64,000 bases of DNA from Camelus ferus (GCF_009834535.1 NC_045696.1:71302001-71366000), one strand, 5' to 3'. Shown: positions 24,268 to 37,546, numbered from the stretch's first letter. Numbers and translations: made by a program. Notes: generated by a model from the letters alone, not told the origin.

Positions 24268-27200
24268 GTGAGGCCCTCAGCACCCACGTGCTCATGCCTC
24301 ATTTCGGGGCCAGGTGGGCATGTTAGAGCCTCCATCAGGGACTGAAATCTAGTGGCCTCTGGTTTAGTGCTTTACCCCAACACCACGTGCTCCCCATTGC
24401 AGAAGGGGGAGCTCCACTGTGCAAGCCACCTCATTCACTGAACGGGGCCCGGAGGCCCTGCAGCATGGTAGCAACAAGACAGAGAGATCTGGGCTCAGAT
24501 CTCTGCTCTGTACTTCAGACAAGTTGCCTAACCACTCCTAAGCTTGTTTCCCCTTCCATAAAATGGGGCTATTATTAAGACCTGTTGTTGTGAAGATTGG
24601 ATAAATTCATATAAACTTTACAAGCACAGAGGCTGGCAAATGGTGATCATTCAGTAAATTTTAGCAGCCCCCATTCGTCTTCATCACCATCTTCCTCCGT
24701 CTTCCTGTCCCTCCACACTACCATCTCTCCTAGGTACTCTCAGAGTGTCTGTTCAAACAATGGTCTTCAGGCATTATTACTACTCACTGTTTTTTCATTT
24801 TCCATTATCTTCCCCCATCTTTGGTACTTACTCTGGAATAATGCCTCTCTCTCTGAAATCTGCCAGGTTGCCAAAGAAAAAAATGCCTCTTCTTGACCCT
24901 TTAAAACAGTAACTAAGAGTGAAATGTGTTTAATCCCATTGTCTTTTCCTATTCTTTTTCCTACCTTTAGCCTTAAGCTTTTGCCTCCTAAAAACAATGT
25001 ATTTTCCATAATTTGTGTCTGTTTTTATTTAAGTTGCCTCTCTTTCTAAATAAAAACAGCTTTAATTGTATAGTTGACCTAGATAGGACTACTTTTTAAA
25101 AATCACTGTAAAAGTAATACTTCCATTTCCTCTTTAAGTTTTAGCAGTTTCAAAAAAAAATTGGTACCAACTTAATTTCAAATAACTACAAGCAGTGTTC
25201 AGACGTGTCTTTAAAATTAGGCCCCGCCACCCCCACCCCTTTCTTTGGAAATGGCATTTGAACTCAGTATTTCAAGAACTTTGGTAGATAAACTGAATTC
25301 TCACCTGCATTCAAAGGGGGTCATCACTCACGGGGGTGTTTACTTTGGCAGTTCTCTAAAACACTAATGAGTTTGGACGATACAGACTGGATCTGTTGGT
25401 GATAATGTCATTCCCTTTGGGTACTGAGATAACAAGATCAAACAAGCAACATAAGAAGAGAATTAGAATTTATTGAAGATCCAAGTCTAAATCATCAAAT
25501 GGAAGAGAACTAGGAAATAAGGCATGTTCAACTTTAGACTTCTTGAACATGCTGCCACCAAGAAGCCTCAGTGTTCATTTCAGAATTTTACAGCCCTTCA
25601 TTTGGGTCTGTGACTCAGGGGTTTCTAGAGTTAATGGTTAAGAATTAACCAGAAGCACAGCCTTTGTGGGAGTTGGGGCCATTTGTTATCAGCTCTAGAG
25701 ATATGCTGCTGCTTGATGGACAAGCTCAGTGGTTGTGCTACTGCCCTGGGTTTTTAGTAATTGAGCTCTGAGTGCTACTTAGGCAGCCAGCTATGCAAAC
25801 CTAGGACATCATGTAAGTTTCATTTTCTGCCAGCTATAACTTTGGCTTTTTAAGTCAGTAGTAGACACTGAGGACAAATTAAATCCCAGAGCATCTATCT
25901 TCCCTTTATCCTCTCAGGTTTCTTATAGATCCCAAAGAATATCCTGCTTTTTGTGTTCTTTTTCTTTTCTTGGAAAATTAGAGAGCCTAAAATGAGTTTC
26001 CCAAGGCAGGGGCAGAATAGATCAGCTGCTTGCTCAGCTACGTCCTAGAGACTGAATTTGGAAACTGTGTCTCAGCCACCATTAACCAGCATTGATGGTA
26101 CATCGTCTCCCAGAGATACAAACATGCAGTTAAAACTTATCAGGAGTTCTTAGAGGGAAAGCAAGGTAGAACCAAAATCAAACAAACCTCAGAGAAAGTC
26201 ACAGGATGAGAATTTCTGAATTATTCTGCATACAAATACAATCTAAAGCATAGACCAGATCATTTCGGGACACACCCCTTCTGAGATTAGCCAGAATCTC
26301 AGTCCATTCCAATAGCTGCTTCTAGTCCCCCTACCCCCACCCAGCTGTCTGGGTTTGAGCTGTGGGGCCTGTGTTTCTGTGGCAAGTCCCCTTCCTCTGC
26401 CTTTTTCCCTGACGGTTGGCTCCAAGAAGAGAGATCCCTTCTCATCCAGCCCTAAACCTTCTCTGCTGACCTTCCCTCTTTCATGGTCCTGGCAGTACTT
26501 TTCTTTTCTTTCCCCACAGGGCCTGTGCTTCCTGGTCTCGGGAAGGCTTCTCTGGCTTCTGCCCTAACCTGCCCCTACTGGAGTGCTTTCCATCCTTGGG
26601 GACTATTTGCAGTGGCTTGGCTGGTGGTTAATCTGCCCCTCAGTGAGACTGGCTGTCCTCAGCTGTCGCTCTAGTCTGTCCCTGAGTCTGTGTCCTGGTT
26701 GGGGGTGAGCACTTCTCATCACCTGGAGCATCTCTGCCTGCAGTCCTGGTGTCCATTCATTAGCAAGAAGCAGTGTTCTCATTTCTTCCTGTTCAGATGC
26801 CCTCTCTCCTTTTCAATCTGCCCATTAATTTTTTGTTGTTGTTTTGAAGTGTATCTCTGGTGCTTAACTCAAAATCACAGCAAAAACAGCTGAGCCCACA
26901 ACTGACCTGTTATGCTTTCGTTCATTCTGGGGCCATGTACCTTGAGGCAGAAGCACCTAGTACTCTAGATGGAATGGAAGGTGCTCCAAATTTGAAACAG
27001 GTTCTTAGAATTTCAAGGTCTTTCATTTGTCTTTGAATTATTCTATTGTTTAAGGGCCCCCTTCTACTTTTTTTGGGGGGGGATCAGTCTTAGTCCCTAT
27101 AAAAATCAAGGAATCCCCAAAAGCTTCTAGTCTGGATGTCAGAATGTTAATGCTAAGACTAGGATAACTATATGAAGAACACTAGATTATCTAATTTTCG

Positions 27201-27469
27201 TGGAAGTCATGCTGGCTGGGAGGATATGGGAAATCCCTGTACCATCTCAATTTTGCTGTGAACCTAAAACTGCTCTAAAAAAATTGTCTTAAAAAAAAAA
27301 GAAAAAAGTCATTCTGTGCCAGACACTGCTGCCCTAAAGAATAACAACAATAATAGTATTAGCTAAGCTCATGGAGGACTTATTATGTGGTATATTGTCC
27401 TAAGCATGTAAATTGTATTCATTCATCGGATACTCAAAACTCCATGAAGTAGGTACTATTATTATGCCT

Positions 27470-27577
27470 TTATTGATTGATTGATTGATTTAAAAGTGAA
27501 AGCAAGTTTATTTAGAGGGATACACACTCCACAAACAGAGTGTGGGCCTGCCTTCTCAGAAGGCAAGAGAGGCGGCC
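27470..27577 (-). mobile_element. Polyadenylated LTR-R-like fragment retrocopied into a MIR
   Basis: 10-bp TSD tattatgcct (27460..27469, 27578..27587); AATAAA and (AATC)n tail on minus. Confidence 0.7.
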
Positions 27578-29578
27578 TATTATGCCTATTTTATAGGTAA
27601 AGAATCTGAAGGCCCAGAGTGGTTAAATTTTTCACCCAAAGACAAGAATTTGAACCTGGGCTGTTTGGCTGAGCGGCTGGGCTTCTGCTGCACTTATTTC
27701 TCCTGATATCCCCTTAATCACGACCTTGGGAGGTGCTCCCTCTCTCCAAAAACCAGAGTTAGGCCTGCTTCCTCAGGGGTCTTGACCTTCAGGTACCTTT
27801 CCTTTTCCAGCATCTTCAAAATCTCCTCATCTCCTTTCAGATTTGCACAGGTCTTCCTACCTTGAAAAAATTTTCACACAACCTCCAAAGTAACCACATG
27901 TCCCTTGTCAGTTTAACAGCTACCAGCTATCAAGTGTCTGCCGTGTTCCAGGCACTGTATCTCCACATCTCTCATGTTTACAGCAACCTGCCAAGCTCTG
28001 TTGCTGTGTCTCCATTTTACTGATAGGGAGACTGAGGAGTAATTTGTCCAAGGTCATTCAGGTAGCAAGAGGCAGGGAGGGATTTGAGCCCAAGCTGCCT
28101 GGATCTGATATGTGCTCACACCCTCCCTCCACTACGCTGCTTTCTGCCTCTGTTACTGAAAGTAGTAAGTTATGACATACGAATGTGTCCTATCAGGAAC
28201 TCAAGTAAGAATGGGAGGGATACGTTCTTTTATTCTTACAGGAACTACTAGACAGTGTACATGGGCTGCCACCGTGAGTAAGCCCCACACAAGGATCCTA
28301 GTCCAGTGGAGGAGAGAGACAGGTGAACGGAGTGACGAGGGCCAGAGTAAGGGTGAGCGGAGGGACCCCTAGTCCAGGCTTGAAGGGCCAGGAGACACTT
28401 CCTGAAGACAGCATCTAAGCTGAGGGCTGACGGCGGACAAGGAGTCATAGCCAAGGAGTGAGAATAATGGTAATGATGACGTGACAATAGCAGCTCTCCT
28501 GTCCACCGTGCCTGCCCTGCAGCAGGCGCTGCTGTGAGTGCTCTATGCGCGTGAAGCGTGGTCCCTGCAACGACATTTTGAGGAGGTGCTCGTTTATCCC
28601 TGTCTCACACTGGAGGGAACTGAAGCAGAGGGTAGTTAGGCTGACCTGGCCAAGGTCACACAGTTGTCATCGATAGAAACCGGGAAGGAATCAGGCAGTC
28701 TGGCTCCAGAGCATAGCAAATTATCCTAATACCTATCACATTACTAGACCCACAAATGTGATGTTTAGATCGAGATAAGACACCCGAATTAATGTAACAG
28801 CCCAATTTCCACCCAATACTTATCTGTTTTACCACCACCTCTCCGCCCTCCTCCTCCACGACAAAGGGCATTGTCTCCTGACTTTCACATTTCCAGAGAT
28901 TTCTAGACCTGTTCTTTCTATATCAATATTGATTCCCCTGAGGTAGGTACTGTTCGTACAGTAAGCAAGAAGAGTCCCCAGACCGCTTTCGCTGCCAGTA
29001 AAATCCTTCCTCAAGGATTTTATGGCCCTTTATGCTCTCCTTTCTCCTCTGCTTTTCTGCTGGGTTGGCTGCCTTCCTGGTCAGCTAGCTGTGGAGTCCC
29101 CTGCTCAGTGACAGGGCTCTCACCTGGTGCAGCAAGAGGAGAGAGGGCTTTTCCCTAAGTTTATATGTAGAGAGAGATGTATTTTAACATGTGTATGCAT
29201 AGAAAAAACCTAGAGGAATAGATGCCAAAATGCTAACAGTGTTTGTTTCTGAGGGTCTGATAAAAGGTGATTAAACACATACTTCCTTTTGTTTTCGTGT
29301 TTTGCATATCTGTATTTCCTAATTTTTCTGTAACTAACCAGTATCATTTAAATAATAAAAAATGTTTTGTAAAGAAGGAGGCACAGTCTGTTCTGAGACA
29401 CATTCCAGCAGCGGGCAGGCAGCGGCCCGCCCATATCCGCTCCTACCTGTGGTTGGTTGGGGGATGAGCCACCTGGGACTGCTGAGGGGTTTGTGCCCCG
29501 CTGTTTAAACCTTCACCACAGATAGCCTGGTCACTTGCATGTTGGATCCTGAGAGATTCTTATTATGTTTCTCATTAG

Positions 29579-29657
29579 ATCAAATTTGGACCCCTTCAAC
29601 CAGTACACTGAAGACCAGATCTGGGATTCTCTAGAAAGGACACACATGAAAGAATGT
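29579..29657 (+). CDS. ABCC5: ABCC5 exon ~27
   Basis: ttag|SNLDPFNQYTEDQIWDSLERTHMKEC|gtaag, 79 nt. Confidence 0.96.
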
Positions 29658-30678
29658 GTAAGTAGAGAACTGAGGGAGAGCTTTGCTGGAATTTCAGGAG
29701 TGGAAACGCAGTGATGCTGTGGTCACTTCTCAGCCTGCTCTGGCAGCCTCATCTAGCCTGGCCTTCCCCTCCACCTCCAGGATGTCTGTGGAGGAGCACT
29801 TTAGAGCAGAGCATTTCAGAAAGGGCATAAACATTGATGTGTCCCAATCCTCACCTCTCCCCCAGCCCCTGCCTATGGCTCCGTTACCCTTTTTTACTAT
29901 CCACTGAATGAGAAGATAGTAATCACAACCACTCAGAATTGAGTAATGCTTTCAAGTCACATTCTATTTTATTAATCATAATAGTACAACATCCTTTTGA
30001 TGTGTCGATATCTATGCAAAAGATAGATCATTTGTTGAGTCCACTTTTATTGAGTCTACATGCAGTGTGCATGTGGATTTATAGACCTCTTAGGGAAACT
30101 CAGCAGGCCCCCTCCAGGGGCCACAGTCTACAGACACCCTCGGCCTGGAGCAGGGTCTCTGGTGCCCCTGGGTTCGGTGAAGCCCAGAATCTCTTGCCCT
30201 AATCCAACTAGATCAGCTCTGCCTTCATCACATTTATATTGGGCTTAATCAAACAATTTCATTCAAAGAATAGCTTAGGAAAAGAAAAGTTTGACAGCCA
30301 CGGGCCTACAGCCTTGGACTTCAGAAAGAGTAATTTTATTTATTCCATGACCATATTTTCAGAACCAAAAATGACAGGATTTGGGGACATGACAGTATTG
30401 GAATTTCTGGGACATTTTGCTGATATGAGACTAATAGGATAGTTTAGCTGAAATATGGAATATGGTCTAGAAATGTGTTCCTACTACATGATCATCACAC
30501 CCATACCTTCTTTCCAGATAAGCCAGGCTCTTACCTAATAATTCTTTCATCTGTTCCAGAATAATTTATTTTTGCCACTGGAGTTTTAACAAAATCGTTT
30601 CTTTTCTTTCTTCCTTTATTTTATTTTTTTTTAATTTACCTTTTTCACCCTTCTAATCTCTGCTTCCATTCTCCCTAG

Positions 30679-30792
30679 ATTGCTCAGCTACCTCTGAAAC
30701 TTGAAACTGAAGTGATGGAGAATGGGGATAACTTCTCGGTGGGGGAACGGCAGCTCTTGTGCATAGCTAGAGCCTTGCTCCGTCACTGTAAG
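30679..30792 (+). CDS. ABCC5: ABCC5 exon ~28, degenerate NBD2 signature
   Basis: ctag|[38 protein letters not shown]|gtaag, 114 nt. Confidence 0.97.
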
Positions 30793-31443
30793 GTAAGGCA
30801 GTCTGGTGGGTGGCTCGCAAGGGGGTGCAGCGGAGAAGCACAGGAAGATAGAAGAACAGCCTTTCTTTGTGGCATGAGTTCCAAAGGCATTCCTGGCTCC
30901 CAGCCCAGTGGCACTTTTTAAGAGCATGCCCAAAGATGTTTCTAAATTAACCCTGACACAATTTAGGTATATTGGTATTTTGTTTATTTGTCTTTATGTT
31001 TAATTTCCCCGAGTCTTCTGTTTCCAAGAACAACTTTTGTTTCTGGCCAGTGAGTAGTTATAGTACTGGAAACCATAGACTTAAAAGATTTGGAAACTGC
31101 AGGATATATCCAGCTCATCAAATCCAGTCCCCTCGTTTTATAAACTGGAAAAGAGAGTCCAGAAAGGTAACTGTCTATGTTCAGAGTCACAGAGCAAGTA
31201 GGGTGAGTATTTTTTAGACTAGTATTTCACATCTATCCTTTTATTTGTGGAAATCAAGGCAAACATATGGGTTTGAAGGTATATCAGTTCTAAGCAAAAT
31301 AGTATCTTTACACATGTATGTACCTATTTAGAAAAAACAATGTACGATATAAAATTCAATCTTAAAATACATTTTAGTAAAATCTTGGTTAACCAAAATG
31401 CTTAAGGAATTGATTGGATCCCTCTTTCTCCTCTCTCCCCTGA

Positions 31444-31710
<267 letters not shown>

Positions 31711-32108
31711 TGAGCACTCAGATAAGCAGCCATAGTGACTCTGGCCTAGTTCCTTTTGGATGGGACAGGGCCTTCCCAATCAAGAGATTGGGTCAGGACC
31801 ACTCTTACTGGGTTCTCATTTTGCTTTATTACCTGTTCTTCTGTTGCTTGTAAATAGTAACTCTTTGACTTAGGTCAGAGAGCACGTGTGCTTAGTAATT
31901 CACTCACATGCACAAGAATTTTCCCAAAGCTATTGAGACCAGCCATTACATGTTTGCTTTTTGCAGTCATGTAGCTGTGCCAAATTTCTTGCTGTTCCCA
32001 GCTTTCCCACAATCTGGACCACTTAGCTTTCCTCATCTCCTGCTATTTACTTGTTAGTGCTGTTGGCTAAAACAGTCTTGCACCCCCTAAGATTTTTCAC
32101 CTCTGTGT

Positions 32109-32216
32109 TTTCTTTTTTTTCTAACTGAAGTATTGTCAGTTATAATGTGTCAGTTTCTGGTGTACAGCATAATGTTTCAGTCATACATATACGTACATAT
32201 ATTCATTTTCATATTC
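32109..32216 (-). mobile_element. Very short 5'-truncated L1 3' end
   Basis: T-tract plus L1 3'UTR text similar to 9420..9520; perfect 16-bp flanking repeat tttttcacctctgtgt. Confidence 0.8.
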
Positions 32217-33090
32217 TTTTTCACCTCTGTGTCTTTACTCGTATAGTTCCATCTACCTAAAATACCCTTTCCTTTTGTTCCCTCTCCCATATGTATCTGC
32301 TTATAATCTGCCTATCCCTCAAGAAAGCCAGTGTCTACCTTTCCCCTTATGGTGTAGGATGTCTGCTCAAGCACCCAACGTCCTACTCTCATACAACCAG
32401 TCCTAAGGAAGGACACCTTGTCCTTATGCCTATCTCTGTGGCAGGACAGTCTCTCCTAGAAGCACCCAGAGATGTCCCTTTATCTCTCCTTGGCCAAAGA
32501 TATGTCATATGCCTCTTTTGCCAAAGTTGTGTCATATGCCTTTGCCTGCAGCAAGGGATTCTGGGAAAGTGAGTATGTGGCCTCTATCATGGGAGGTAGG
32601 TTCTGCCAGCATATCGTTCAGTTTTCTGAAGTCCATCAGAGGGATGGATAATTGACTGAGTTGACCCCTTATACTCACTTCCTTTTTTTTTTTGCCAGCT
32701 AGGCATCTGTTTCCTTCTATAGGTTTAGATCAGCTTGCACAACAAGATGACATTTGCCTGGTAGGCCTCTGACTTGAGCTAGTTTTTTTTCCCCTGCAGC
32801 TTACAGGACCTTGTTGATTGATTCCTTCATACCCAAGGCTGAAAGAATTGAGATTTATGTGAAGGAGGTTTGGAAGTCTTTCTCTCTAACTTTTCTCTTA
32901 ACTAAACCCTGGCTATTAAAAAACAAACAAACAAACAAAAACATTTGGGCATGGCAGGGCTAGTTGAATTGTCACCTTGAGTCCATCTTCAGGGGACTTT
33001 GGGCTTTGCCCCTCTTCCTGACCAGTGGATCCTCTAAATCACCCCAAGTGTCCCTGAGTCACATTCTGATGCAGTCTCTTTCCTTTTCAG

Positions 33091-33192
33091 GTGGTGGAGT
33101 TCGACACCCCCTCCGTCCTTCTGTCTAATGACAGCTCCCGGTTCTATGCCATGTTTGCTGCTGCAGAGAACAAGATTGCTGTCAAGGGCTAA
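33091..33192 (+). CDS. ABCC5: ABCC5 last exon, coding part
   Basis: tcag|VVEFDTPSVLLSNDSSRFYAMFAAAENKIAVKG-TAA, 102 nt. Confidence 0.97.
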   Translation: MVEFDTPSVLLSNDSSRFYAMFAAAENKIAVKG

Positions 33193-34528
33193 CTCCTCCC
33201 CGCCGCCCCCACGTCTCTTTTCTTTGGAGCATTGCCATTCCCTGCCTGGGGCGGGCCCCTCATCGCGTCCTCCTGCCGAAACCTTGCCTTTCCCGATTTT
33301 ATCTTTCGCACAGCAGTTCAGGATTGGCTTGTGTGTTTCACTTTTAGGGAGAGTCCTATTTTGATTATTGTATTTATTCCATATTCATGTAAGCAGAATT
33401 TAGTTTTTGTTCTTAATTGCACTCTAAAAGGTTCAGGGAACCGTTACTATATATGTATCAGAGGCCTATAATGAAGCTTTATACGTGTAGCTATATCTAT
33501 ATATAATTCTGTACATAGCCTATATTTCCAGTGAAAATGTAAGCTGTTTATTTTATATTAAAATAAGCACTGTGCTAAGAACAGTGCAGATTCCTTTCTA
33601 TCATTTTTGTACAGTCTGCTGCACTAGAGATCTGGTTTTGCTATTAGACCGTAGGAAGGGTAGCACATGTTCTTCCCCAGCCGATTGTTTCACGGTGCCG
33701 AGTTTTCTGGGTGTCCGAAAGGAAGGCGTGTGGCAATAGTGGGCCCTCCAGCGACCCCCTCCGCCACCTCCCCATCAGCCGCTCCGGGGTGGGGTGGGGT
33801 GGAGCTGGGGCCGCTGAAGGCTGTGCAGAGCGCCGTGAATTCTCAGGGCTCCTGCTTTCTGTCCTGTTGTCACTTCACTGTTTCCGTCGGGAGAGCAGTG
33901 GGGCAAAGTCCCAGACCCCCTCTTCACTCGCTCTGTCAGGAATGAGAATCACAGAAGCATTCCTCGGCGAGGTAGGGGTGAGTTTCCTTCCTGCCTTCCT
34001 CTTTTTCTCAACAAGCATCAAGTCTGTTCACAGAGTGTCCCACTGCCTCAGGTTCCTAACGCTGGCCACTGCACAGAGCTCCCCGGCTCCTAGACCTGTC
34101 GGTCCCAAGCCCGGGAGCCCACTGCTGCTTTTCTCAGTGGTACTTCTTCGTTTGCCGGGTCCCATGCCTCCACAGTTCAGTGACAGGGTTCAGGATTTTG
34201 TGGGTCTGTTCCCCTTCCTCCCCGCGGTTGCCGCACAGTCTCTTTCTCTCTCCAAAGTCTGCGACTTTAAGCAGCTCTTGCTAATCAGTGTCTCACACTG
34301 GTGTAGAAGTTCTTTGTACTGTAAAGAGACCTACCTCAGGTTGCTGATTGCCGTGGTTCGGTGTGTTCCTGCCAACCCCGTTTGTGCTGTGGGGCCAGTA
34401 GCTCAGGTGGGCGTGGTCGCTGCTGTCATCCGTCGAATGGTCAGCGTTGCATGTCGTGACCAACTAGACATTCTGTCGCCTTAGCATGTGTGCTGAACAC
34501 CTTGTGGAAGCAAAAATCTGAAAAACTG

Positions 34529-34534
34529 AATAAA
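34529..34534 (+). terminator. ABCC5: ABCC5 distal polyadenylation signal
   Basis: AATAAA ~1.34 kb after the stop, followed by T/GT-rich sequence. Confidence 0.8.
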
Positions 34535-35755
34535 ATTATTTTGGATTTTCTAAAACTCTTGGTGTATAAGATAATTCTCTGGGAAGGGAGCAAGATGTCT
34601 CTGAATGGCTTTGGAGGACTGGAGGCTTGGGTCTGAATATCTAACTGTGGAGTGACAGAAGGGAGGGACCAGTCATGGGGCTAGCTGGTTGCAAAGCATG
34701 CAGAGTCCAGCTTGCCTGGAAGGGTCTGCAGTGGGCCTTCATCCCTATGGCCTGTGTCCCTGGGCGTGGTTGCCAAATAAAGCTCCTGTGCTGCTAACAA
34801 GAGGGTGGGGAGTGGGAAGGGTTGTGGGGATGTGGGTGGTTGTGGTGAAATATGTCTTAAATGAACAGTTTGTTGAGGGCTCTCAGCAATTCAAACAGCG
34901 TAATTGCCCTTTCAGCCAATTCATTCAGATTGACTAATTGAGGATGAAGTGCCCATTCTAAAGGGTACTCATTCAAAAGTTTCTCAATATATCGTGTTGA
35001 TTTCAGCCAAGAAAGCTTTTAAACTATTTGGTATTGGTTCTGGTGAATCATCAGAAATCATAGCTCAAACTCAGCCCTTTTTGTAAACCACTGTCTTTAT
35101 AATGCAGGGGCTTGGCTGTCAAGATAAAAATTTGGTTCCTCAGTAGTCACTGTCTGTGCTACCGTGTTGGATGCTGCAGATATAGAACATTCCCATCATG
35201 GAAAGTTCTGTTGGGTGGCACCAATGTAAGCAACCACTTTTTTGGATGCCTTGGATTTACCGTCCAAGAAAGGTAGGAAGGTCAGCAGGAAAAGCCCTAC
35301 ATGCTCGTTCTAGTCAAACTCTGCTGCTCATGACACTAACTTCCTGTTCAGTTCTGTCCTCTCGTATCTCTTGGGTCTCCTCCCATTGCTGTAACCTGCT
35401 TTGCCCCCTTAAAAGGAGGCACTTCCCTGCCTTCTGCCCTCTCCCCTTGCTCTCTTGGCATGGGTTCTTTCACTCCCACCAGCACAGAGACAAACCTTCA
35501 ACTGTGGGCTTGGCCTCTCGGTACCTATCTCCAGCTGCCCGCTGAGTGCCGCCACTGGGCGTCTCTAATCAGACTGCTCCTTGTCTTAATTAGTAGTCCC
35601 TCTGACCGCCTTAGTCTTTCAGGTTGGAAGCCTTGAGTTATTTCAACTCTTCTGCCCCTTCCCAATAAATTCAGTCACTCCCAGGTCCTATGCATCACCC
35701 CTACCACCCCGTTCTATCTCCCTCCACCCTAATTAAGACTCACCTCCCTCCCTCC

Positions 35756-35846
35756 CTTTTTTTCAATGCCGGTACTGGGGATTGAACCCACGACCTCATG
35801 CATGCTAAGCAGGTGCTCCACCACTAAGCTATACCATCCACCCTCC
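35756..35846 (-). mobile_element. tRNA-derived SINE
   Basis: Minus strand ..TATAGCTTAGTGGTGGAGCACCTGCTTAGCATGCATGAGGTCGTGGGTTCAATCCCCAGTACC, then A tail. Confidence 0.85.
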
Positions 35847-36914
35847 TTTTTTTATATTGTATTTACAGCCTCATAACTAATCTCTCTGCCTCCTTGTCCT
35901 TCTTCAAACCAGTGTATATACTACTGCCAAAATACAAACCAAAAATGCGTGTTGGTCAAATACTTTACCCTCAAAATCTTCAAGGGACAGTTTCCTATAA
36001 AGTGGCCCATATTCCTTAGCTTGGCAGTCAGGATGTCCATTATCTGGTCCCAACCCTCCTTTTCTGCTCAGTATTCCTAAAGGTAAGCCAATATTTTCAC
36101 ATCTTTAAGTCTTTACTATTTTCTCAGCCTGGAATCCCTTGATATTCTCTTGTCAAATAAAGCCATGTTTTCCTTCTTAAGCTCAGTTCAAATACTATCT
36201 CCTCCACAATGTTCTTTTAATTAAAACCAAGTTCCTCTGGGTTACTACAACACTTTGCTCGCAAATCTATTTTAAAGTTTATTTCCTTTTTCTTTGCATA
36301 TTATGGTTGATCATTTCCTTATATCTCAGCCCACGTATATAAACTTGGAGGCAATAAATCATATTTGTATACCTTATAATTCCTAGCTGAACTATTATGT
36401 TTTAAATATAGAAGGTGCTTAAGTATCACATTACTCAGCTAACTCTTGACTCATGTCTTACACATGGATGCTCATTGAATATTTGTTAACAGAAATCAGT
36501 GTTGCAGGCTTTCTTTGTGGTCACGGCAAAGAAAAAGAATTTCATTTCTTTAAAGAGACAAAGACAAAGTGACATTGAGGAAAAGAGGCCTTTATGTGGA
36601 ATGACTGGGAAAGCCAGAAAGTTAGAATGCCCAGCATTTGAGGTGTGGCTTAGTGATGTGACGGCTCCTTTCCTACCCTTTTCCTAATGGATCACCTAGA
36701 AATGGGGCTCAGCATTGAAAGTATGTGAGCCACAGCCTGGGGAATGGGGGCGGTTGGTGAAGGGGAGCAGGCTCAGCTGCTGAAACCTTACCTTGCACTG
36801 ATCGTTGCCTACATGTATTTTTTTTTTTGTATTATAAAAGTAATGCATGCTTTTTGTACAAAATTTGGAAAATGCAGATAGATGCAATGAAGAAACTCCA
36901 AATTGCCTGACCCT

Positions 36915-37398
36915 ATTGTAGCGGAGTGTGTTTTACAAGTACAGCTGTAGCAGCATCTCCCAACTCACGTGCTTTCCTGCAGTGTGACCTTGCCTCGCTC
37001 CCATCGAGAGGCAGCCCCTTGAATCTGAGCAGGCTCTGTGTCTGCTTTAACCAACAGAGTATGGTGATTCTGTGCCAGTTCTGCACAAAGCCCTTTTGTG
37101 CCCTAGCAGCTCTCACTTCCTGCCTCTTGGGAGCCAGCCACCATGTAAGCAGTGCAACTCCAGCATAATGGGAGATTTACAATGCACGTGGAGAGAGTTC
37201 CTGGAGGATGCAGTACTGCATGGAGATAGAGTGAGGCCAAGGAGTACCAAGACATCAGACATGTGAGTAAAGAAGCCATTTTGGAAGTGAAACCTCCAGC
37301 CCCAGACATCCCAGCTGATGCCACGTAGATCAGGGATGAACTGCCCACTGAGCTATTCCCAAACCCTTGAGCAAAATCAATTTTTTTTAAGCCACTAC
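36915..37398 (+). mobile_element. MaLR (MLT1-like) LTR
   Basis: ggagccagccaccatgtaag..., atgtgagtaaagaagccattttggaagtg, aactgccc..ctgagc, tttaagccact resemble MLT1 consensus text. Confidence 0.65.
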
Positions 37399-37546
37399 AT
37401 TTTTTTTTCTTTTTTTCTGTTTTGTGGGAGGTGGGGGGATTAGGTTTATTTATTTATTTATCTTTTAATGGCCATACTGGGGATTGAACCCAGGACCTTG
37501 TGCATGCTAAACACTGGCTGTACCACTGAGCTATGCCCTCCCCCCT
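37399..37546 (-). mobile_element. tRNA-derived SINE with long tail
   Basis: ggggattgaacccaggaccttgtgcatgctaa...accactgagctat; (TTTA)n/T tail. Confidence 0.85.

Noticed and set aside
30679..30792. Degenerate ABC signature FSVGE in NBD2 (and Walker B DD in NBD1) as inactivating changes
   Set aside because: Normal asymmetry of ABCC-family nucleotide-binding sites.
33711..34484. 257-aa ORF, the longest in the track
   Set aside because: Lies inside the GC-rich ABCC5 3'UTR, has a non-ATG start and no recognisable domain; probably chance.
35756..35846. tRNA gene (also 2969, 37470, 63050)
   Set aside because: tRNA-like box A/B, but with A-rich tails, several diverged copies and a TSD at one copy; these are SINEs.
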